This document shows, piece after piece, positions 27,711 to 32,000 of a DNA stretch of 32,000 bases (positions within the stretch are counted from its first letter, which is position 1; each line of letters begins with the position of its first letter). The position numbers were made by a program, and so were the translations under genes. This DNA comes from Fidelibacterota bacterium (GTDB taxonomy: Bacteria > Fidelibacterota > Marinisomatia > Marinisomatales > TCS56). A model generated the notes under the pieces. That model had not been told where the DNA came from. It was given only the letters and a program-made list of their open reading frames with translations, and did not search any database. The stretch covers positions 1 through 32,000 of the forward strand of contig JBDRBK010000110.1 of the NCBI GenBank assembly GCA_043822705.1. The letters run 5' to 3'.

Positions 27711-28771
27711 ACCAGGTACCCCCATACGGTCATGATGAGGATGTAAAGAATTATGATCGACCCAATAATCTTTAATCGCCGGTAGCGACGGACATCATCC
27801 TTGCGGTCCAGAAATGGCACCAACAGCCAGATCAGCCCGCCGATCATAAATCCGAGGATTCCCAGCACCTCACCCTCGATAAACCAGACATGTCCGGGAA
27901 TAAATTTCAGGGTCTGGAACATGAACATAAAGTACCATTCGGGCCGGATATTGGCCGGTGCCGAAGCGAATAAATCCGCTTTCGATCCCAATTCCCAAGG
28001 AAAAAACACCGCCAGAATCGCCAGCACGTTCAGGACGATCAGCCACAGGAGTATATCACGCAAAACAAAACTGGGGAAGAATGGCATAAATTTGCGTTTT
28101 TGTTCCGGCAATTTTTCCCAGTTATGGGGAGTGGACATCCCCTGGATTTGGATCAGGGCCAGGTGAATCCCCAAAAACACCACAAAAATTCCAGGGAAAA
28201 TGGCCACATGAAAACCGAAAAACCGTGGTAGCGTAGCGCCGGTAACATCGGGACTACCACGGAGCACGGTCATGATGCCCTTGCCGACAACCGGAATGGC
28301 ACCCACGATTTCCGTTCCCACTTTCGTTGCGAAAAAAGCCAGTTCATTCCAGGGTAACAGATAACCGCTGAATCCGAAACCGAAACCCAGCAACAGCAGG
28401 ATAACACCACTGACCCAGGTCAGTTCACGCGGTTTGCGATAGCTACGATCGAAAAACACAGAAAACATGTGTATGAAAGCAGCCAGGATCATCAGATTGG
28501 CCGACCAACTATGCACGGATCTGATCAACCAGCCGAACTTCACCTTGGACATGATAAACTGAATCGATTCAAACGCCTCGCTGGCACTGGCCTTGTAATA
28601 CATCAGCAGCAATATGCCGGACAAGACTTGCACCACGAACAGGAATAGGGCCACTCCGCCCATATAGTACCAATACCAACCGGGACCGGCCGGTACTTTT
28701 TTCTTGGCCATGAATAGAACTATCGGCTCGAAATCAAAGCGTTCTTCCAGCCAGGCTCTGATTGTCTTCAT
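27707..28771 (-). CDS. Cytochrome b of a Rieske/cytochrome b (bc1/b6f-type) complex, unsplit b6 + subunit IV
   Basis: Preferred start is ATG at 28771 (MKTIRAWLEERF...), overlapping the Rieske stop by 1 nt (TGATG). The helix B His pair is in SVHSWSANLMILAAFIHMF, with 13 residues between. The helix D His pair is in FHVAIFPGIFVVFLGIH, with 14 residues between, which is b6-like. The Qo-site PEWY motif is present (NIRPEWYFMFMFQ). 354 aa. Confidence 0.9.
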   Translation of the reverse strand: MKTIRAWLEERFDFEPIVLFMAKKKVPAGPGWYWYYMGGVALFLFVVQVLSGILLLMYYKASASEAFESIQFIMSKVKFGWLIRSVHSWSANLMILAAFIHMFSVFFDRSYRKPRELTWVSGVILLLLGFGFGFSGYLLPWNELAFFATKVGTEIVGAIPVVGKGIMTVLRGSPDVTGATLPRFFGFHVAIFPGIFVVFLGIHLALIQIQGMSTPHNWEKLPEQKRKFMPFFPSFVLRDILLWLIVLNVLAILAVFFPWELGSKADLFASAPANIRPEWYFMFMFQTLKFIPGHVWFIEGEVLGILGFMIGGLIWLLVPFLDRKDDVRRYRRLKIIGSIIILYILIMTVWGYLV

Positions 28772-29247
28772 CAAGCCTCCTTTCGCGAAACCCAAATTTC
28801 GCCATTGGACTTGATATTGACGGCAAATTCCTCCAGCGGGCGCGGCGGCGGACCGGATAGGATATTACCATTAATATCAAATTTTGCGTTATGACAGGCA
28901 CACCAGATATACTTGTCCTCCTGCTGATACTGGACGATGCAGGATAAATGGGTGCAGGTCGCCGACAAGGCTCGATAATTGCCTGTTCCGTCCTTGAATA
29001 AAATGCCCGGTTTGCGTCCGAAAGGAAAAATCTTAAATGCTTTCTCCCAGGTATCGTCGATTCGGCCCACCTGAATGGAATTGACAGCTGCTTCTCCGGC
29101 CGGGGGCGGAATCAGGTAGCGGATTACCGGGTAAGTGATACTGCCCAGCCAACCCAGTATACCTAATCCAAGTAGTTTCTGTAGAATGCTTCTCCGATCG
29201 GTACCGACTACTTTTTCGTCGGTGACCGCCTGTTTTTTTTCCATCAT
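28771..29247 (-). CDS. Rieske [2Fe-2S] iron-sulfur protein with twin-arginine (TAT) signal/anchor
   Basis: 158 aa. The TAT motif TDRRSILQKLLGLGILGWLG is present. Cluster box I is CTHLSC and box II is CACHNAKF, about 19 residues apart, and both disulfide cysteines are present. Confidence 0.88.
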   Translation of the reverse strand: MMEKKQAVTDEKVVGTDRRSILQKLLGLGILGWLGSITYPVIRYLIPPPAGEAAVNSIQVGRIDDTWEKAFKIFPFGRKPGILFKDGTGNYRALSATCTHLSCIVQYQQEDKYIWCACHNAKFDINGNILSGPPPRPLEEFAVNIKSNGEIWVSRKEA

Positions 29248-29285
29248 ACCTAGCGTTCCCGTTTGTTAGACTGTGAATCAGTTGA

Positions 29286-29301
29286 TGCTTGTACAGTGCC
29301 A
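29286..29301 (-). promoter_or_regulatory. Candidate sigma-54 (RpoN) -24/-12 promoter upstream of the Rieske gene
   Basis: The minus strand reads TGGCAC-tgtac-AAGCA. The -24 hexamer is perfect and the GG-N10-GC spacing is correct. The -12 element is AAGCA rather than TTGCA. It lies about 40-55 nt upstream of the Rieske ATG, inside the only sizeable gap (120 nt) in the cluster. Confidence 0.3.
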
Positions 29302-29367
29302 ACTCCCCCGCTAGATCAATTTTGGGCAATAATCTGAATTTAGCCGTCGGATAAATTCCAGTGGCAT

Positions 29368-30867
29368 TCAGTTACTGGTCCGTAAAAATTCCTCCTGCAG
29401 ATACTTATGCAAAATTGCCTCCCTGCCGGCAATCCCCGACTTTTCCAGGTATTCAAAAATCTGGTCTGAACGTTGTGCCAGAATCGAATGGCAGAGGGTG
29501 CAGTTAGCGGAAATATTGTTCCCCTGATCATCCAGCAGATACTGGTTATGACAACGATAACACCCCAGATCATGCTCGTGACCGACATGATCGGGATAGC
29601 TGCCCCAGGTGATGCTCATCCGGGGGTGGATGTTGCGCTTATAGACGTCCTGAAGTGTTGCGATCGCCTGATCTAACAGGTCCTGGTTGGCGGCCGTGAA
29701 TTCCGGATAATTATGATTATAATAGGACTGGATAATAAATCGGATTTTTTCCAGACCATTTTCCTTAGTCCGGAAATTGGAATTCTTTAACGCTTTCAAT
29801 CCCTCGCGCTTGATGTATGGAATCCGGCGATCAATCAGGCCAGAGCGAATCCGGTCATCGATGGCGTTATCCGGATCCTCGTAAATATGAGTCGCCCGGT
29901 TATGGCAATCGACACAGTCGAGAGTGCGAACTGTTTCGGAATTAATTTCCGAATTATTCAGATTGCGGTTGTTGTAGCGCTTGTAACTACCGTCCGGTTG
30001 CAGCACTTCGACCCAGGCGATTTCCTCACGTTCATCGGTAACCGAAACAAATCGTACTTCATTCTCCCGGGCGATGTGCCAGTGAATCCCCGACGGCTGC
30101 GCCCCCTTTCCCGCATCGATTTTCAGCAACAGCGTGGTATACTGCGGATTCGAATGCTCGTCCTGACCATAGTGAATTGTCGATTTCAGGCGCCGACCGT
30201 AAAATTTGTCCGGCCAGTGGCATTTTTCGCAGGTTTCCCGGGCCGGGCGCAGGTTGTGCACCGGCGTTGGAATCGGTCGATTATAAAGATCGAAAGTGGC
30301 GGAAACCATCTGCCAGACACCATTCAATTTGGCATCAAATTTGGCGCCGACCCCTTCACCGATATGGCAATCAACGCAGGCCACCCGAGCATGCGGACTC
30401 TGCTGATAGGCCGCCCATTCGGGTCCCATGACGTCGTGGCAGGCGGTCCCGCAAAATTCGGAGGAATCCATGAAATGCAGCGCATTGATACTGACCGAAC
30501 TGAGAAATACAATACTGGCGACGGTTAGGATGGTGACAATCCACAAAGCTCGCGAACCGGTAATCCGTGCTTTCAAATCATCAGGATCGAAACTTTCCGC
30601 GAACAGTTCACGGGTGGTTTTTCCGGTTGTTTTCCGGAATTGCCACCAGCCGATCGGTACCAGGATCAGGCCCAGAATGAACAGGGCCGGGAATAAAAGA
30701 TAGGCAATCAGTCCGGCATAGGCATTAGCGAATAGTCCGATGAATTGCAGTATCTGGAAAAAGAAAAAAGATACCGTCGACGACAAGATCAGGATCACAC
30801 CCACCTTACCGGTCCAATGTCGTGATAGACGCCGGACGATATTGATATATTTTAGAAAGCGGTTCAT
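29368..30867 (-). CDS. Membrane-bound multiheme c-type cytochrome, NapC/NirT-like quinol-interacting module with extended periplasmic domain (ImcH-like architecture)
   Basis: 499 aa with three N-terminal hydrophobic helices. The NapC/NirT-like segment reads FCGTACHDVMGPEWAAYQQSPHARVACVDCHIG. There are five CXXCH motifs (CVDCH, CEKCH, CVDCH, CYRCH, CTLCH) plus one CX3CH (CGTACH). Its start overlaps the HAO-like gene stop as ATGA (30864..30867). Confidence 0.8.
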   Translation of the reverse strand: MNRFLKYINIVRRLSRHWTGKVGVILILSSTVSFFFFQILQFIGLFANAYAGLIAYLLFPALFILGLILVPIGWWQFRKTTGKTTRELFAESFDPDDLKARITGSRALWIVTILTVASIVFLSSVSINALHFMDSSEFCGTACHDVMGPEWAAYQQSPHARVACVDCHIGEGVGAKFDAKLNGVWQMVSATFDLYNRPIPTPVHNLRPARETCEKCHWPDKFYGRRLKSTIHYGQDEHSNPQYTTLLLKIDAGKGAQPSGIHWHIARENEVRFVSVTDEREEIAWVEVLQPDGSYKRYNNRNLNNSEINSETVRTLDCVDCHNRATHIYEDPDNAIDDRIRSGLIDRRIPYIKREGLKALKNSNFRTKENGLEKIRFIIQSYYNHNYPEFTAANQDLLDQAIATLQDVYKRNIHPRMSITWGSYPDHVGHEHDLGCYRCHNQYLLDDQGNNISANCTLCHSILAQRSDQIFEYLEKSGIAGREAILHKYLQEEFLRTSN

Positions 30868-32000
30868 TCAGAATCGTAAAAACGCCGGTACAAAGCTTCC
30901 AGCTCGCCACTGTGAATCGCTTTTTTCAACTCGCTTTCAGAGCGGTTCATCCAGTTGTGCAGTGGATCTTCAATCAGCAACCGATCGATCATCGCATTCA
31001 CTTCGGCATCGTTCAGTTTCCGCGCTTCCGGTAGCAACTTGAAATAGAAATTATGCGCCACATCGTACATCCCGTGCCACCAGGCGTAATCCGGACCTGC
31101 CATCGCCACACCATGACGCGCCCGGCGGCCTTCATGATGCCACAGTTCCCAATAAATCCATTCGATTCCATTGCCGAAAGCCGCCTGGTTCTCCAGCAAT
31201 CCTTTCTTCTTGATCAGATCGATCAGCTCAGTGGCCGGACGGGCAAATTTTTCATCGTACAGTTTTACGAAGCTATCGAATTGGTAAAAATGACCGGAAA
31301 TAAATGTTGAAGTATGGCAGGCCTGACAGACATCCTTCATATTCTTGCGCTTCTCGGAATAATCATCTTTAAGCTGTGAGATTGGAGGCCGTAGCGACCA
31401 TTGAATACGGTTTCCCACATCATGGGTGGATTCCTGAAAACGGGTGGCTCCCATATGGCAGGTAACACAGGTCGGCGCTTCATAATAATCCTCGCCGACT
31501 ATCCAACTGTATGAATCAAGATTCATCTTATCCCGGTTGGTGTAATAAATATTACCGTGCTTGGATTCCTCATATACTTCTTTCTGAGGATGATCCGGCC
31601 CTAAATGACATTTCGAGCAGGCTTCCGGCTGGCGGGCCTGGGCCTTGGAAAAACCGTGCCGGGTGTGGCAGGCATTGCAGGAGCCTTTGGATCCATCGGG
31701 ATTGATGCGACCGATCCCGGAATTGGGCCAGGATTGGCGATCCAGCTTGTTCGGCGAATTGGGATCGATTTTTATTCGAGCCCCATGGCAACTTTCACAA
31801 CCGGTAACCACTACCTGATGACCGCCGAGCACATTCGCCAGATAGGCATCCTGCGATTCGAGGATCATTCCGGCCGTGGCATGATAGGAAGCGCCGACTT
31901 CCTCCATTTCCTTCTCATGGCAGATGCCGCAATCATCAGGTGTGACCAGGGTTGCGACATAACTATCTTCGTGCAGGAAGGCATCCACGTCGTCTTCCGC
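30864..32000 (-). CDS. Hydroxylamine oxidoreductase (HAO)-family multiheme cytochrome c, 5'-truncated by the window edge
   Basis: The reading frame stays open to position 32000 (..AEDD before the track GTG). Six CXXCH motifs are visible: CGICH, CESCH, CNACH, CSKCH, CVTCH, CQACH. The block CNACHTRHGFSKAQARQPEACSKCHLGPDH...SKHG...APTCVTCHMG closely parallels the haem 5-7 region of Nitrosomonas HAO as I recall it. The C-terminal WELWHHEGRRARHGVAMAGPDYAWWHG is also HAO-family-like. Haems 1-2 and the signal peptide are presumably off-window. Confidence 0.8.
   Translation of the reverse strand, partial: AEDDVDAFLHEDSYVATLVTPDDCGICHEKEMEEVGASYHATAGMILESQDAYLANVLGGHQVVVTGCESCHGARIKIDPNSPNKLDRQSWPNSGIGRINPDGSKGSCNACHTRHGFSKAQARQPEACSKCHLGPDHPQKEVYEESKHGNIYYTNRDKMNLDSYSWIVGEDYYEAPTCVTCHMGATRFQESTHDVGNRIQWSLRPPISQLKDDYSEKRKNMKDVCQACHTSTFISGHFYQFDSFVKLYDEKFARPATELIDLIKKKGLLENQAAFGNGIEWIYWELWHHEGRRARHGVAMAGPDYAWWHGMYDVAHNFYFKLLPEARKLNDAEVNAMIDRLLIEDPLHNWMNRSESELKKAIHSGELEALYRRFYDSE

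Noticed and set aside
1-32000. A scan for tRNA/rRNA genes, CRISPR repeats, transposase or integrase cassettes, inverted terminal repeats, toxin-antitoxin pairs and defence-system genes.
   Set aside because: None were seen. The longest non-coding gaps (196, 177, 122, 120 and 113 nt) contain no tRNA-like GTTCGAATC arms or tandem repeats. xerD sits in a housekeeping operon with no flanking att-like repeats, so it was not treated as a mobile-element integrase.

Overview
All 27 protein-coding genes I can support lie on the minus strand. They are tightly packed, with many 1-4 nt start/stop overlaps. I saw no rRNA, tRNA, CRISPR, IS or phage signatures.

In transcription order (32000 -> 1):
- A redox cluster: a partial HAO-family octaheme cytochrome c (5' end off-window), a 3-TM NapC/NirT/ImcH-like hexaheme cytochrome, a TAT-signal Rieske protein, an unsplit cytochrome b with b6-like haem-ligand spacing, and a membrane-anchored nonaheme cytochrome c. 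Together they carry 21 haem-binding motifs in about 5.5 kb.
- prfB, with its classic +1 programmed frameshift (which the ORF track splits), followed by lysS.
- Two LolC/E permeases plus lolD.
- clpC.
- dnaK, with a clean bidirectional terminator.
- tamB, an Omp85/TamA-like barrel and a TPR lipoprotein.
- A MoxR ATPase, a DUF58 protein and a BatD/DUF4381-like lipoprotein.
- efp-accB-accC.
- gcvH-gcvPA.
- A GGGPS/PcrB-family prenyl-glyceryl-phosphate synthase.
- gmhA, xerD, and the first 44 codons of an M50 site-2 protease.

The host is a diderm bacterium (Lol, TAM and heptose pathways). The Bat-like module, the archaeal-type GGGPS and patchy SD usage hint at an FCB-superphylum-like lineage, but that is inference only.

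Most of the window is housekeeping. The stand-out is the HAO-like + ImcH/NapC-like + Rieske/cyt b + nonaheme cluster at 26.5-32 kb. It looks like an uncharacterised quinol-linked periplasmic redox module, for N-oxide metabolism or extracellular electron transfer. The secondary curiosity is the GGGPS homologue, which is translationally coupled to gcvPA.
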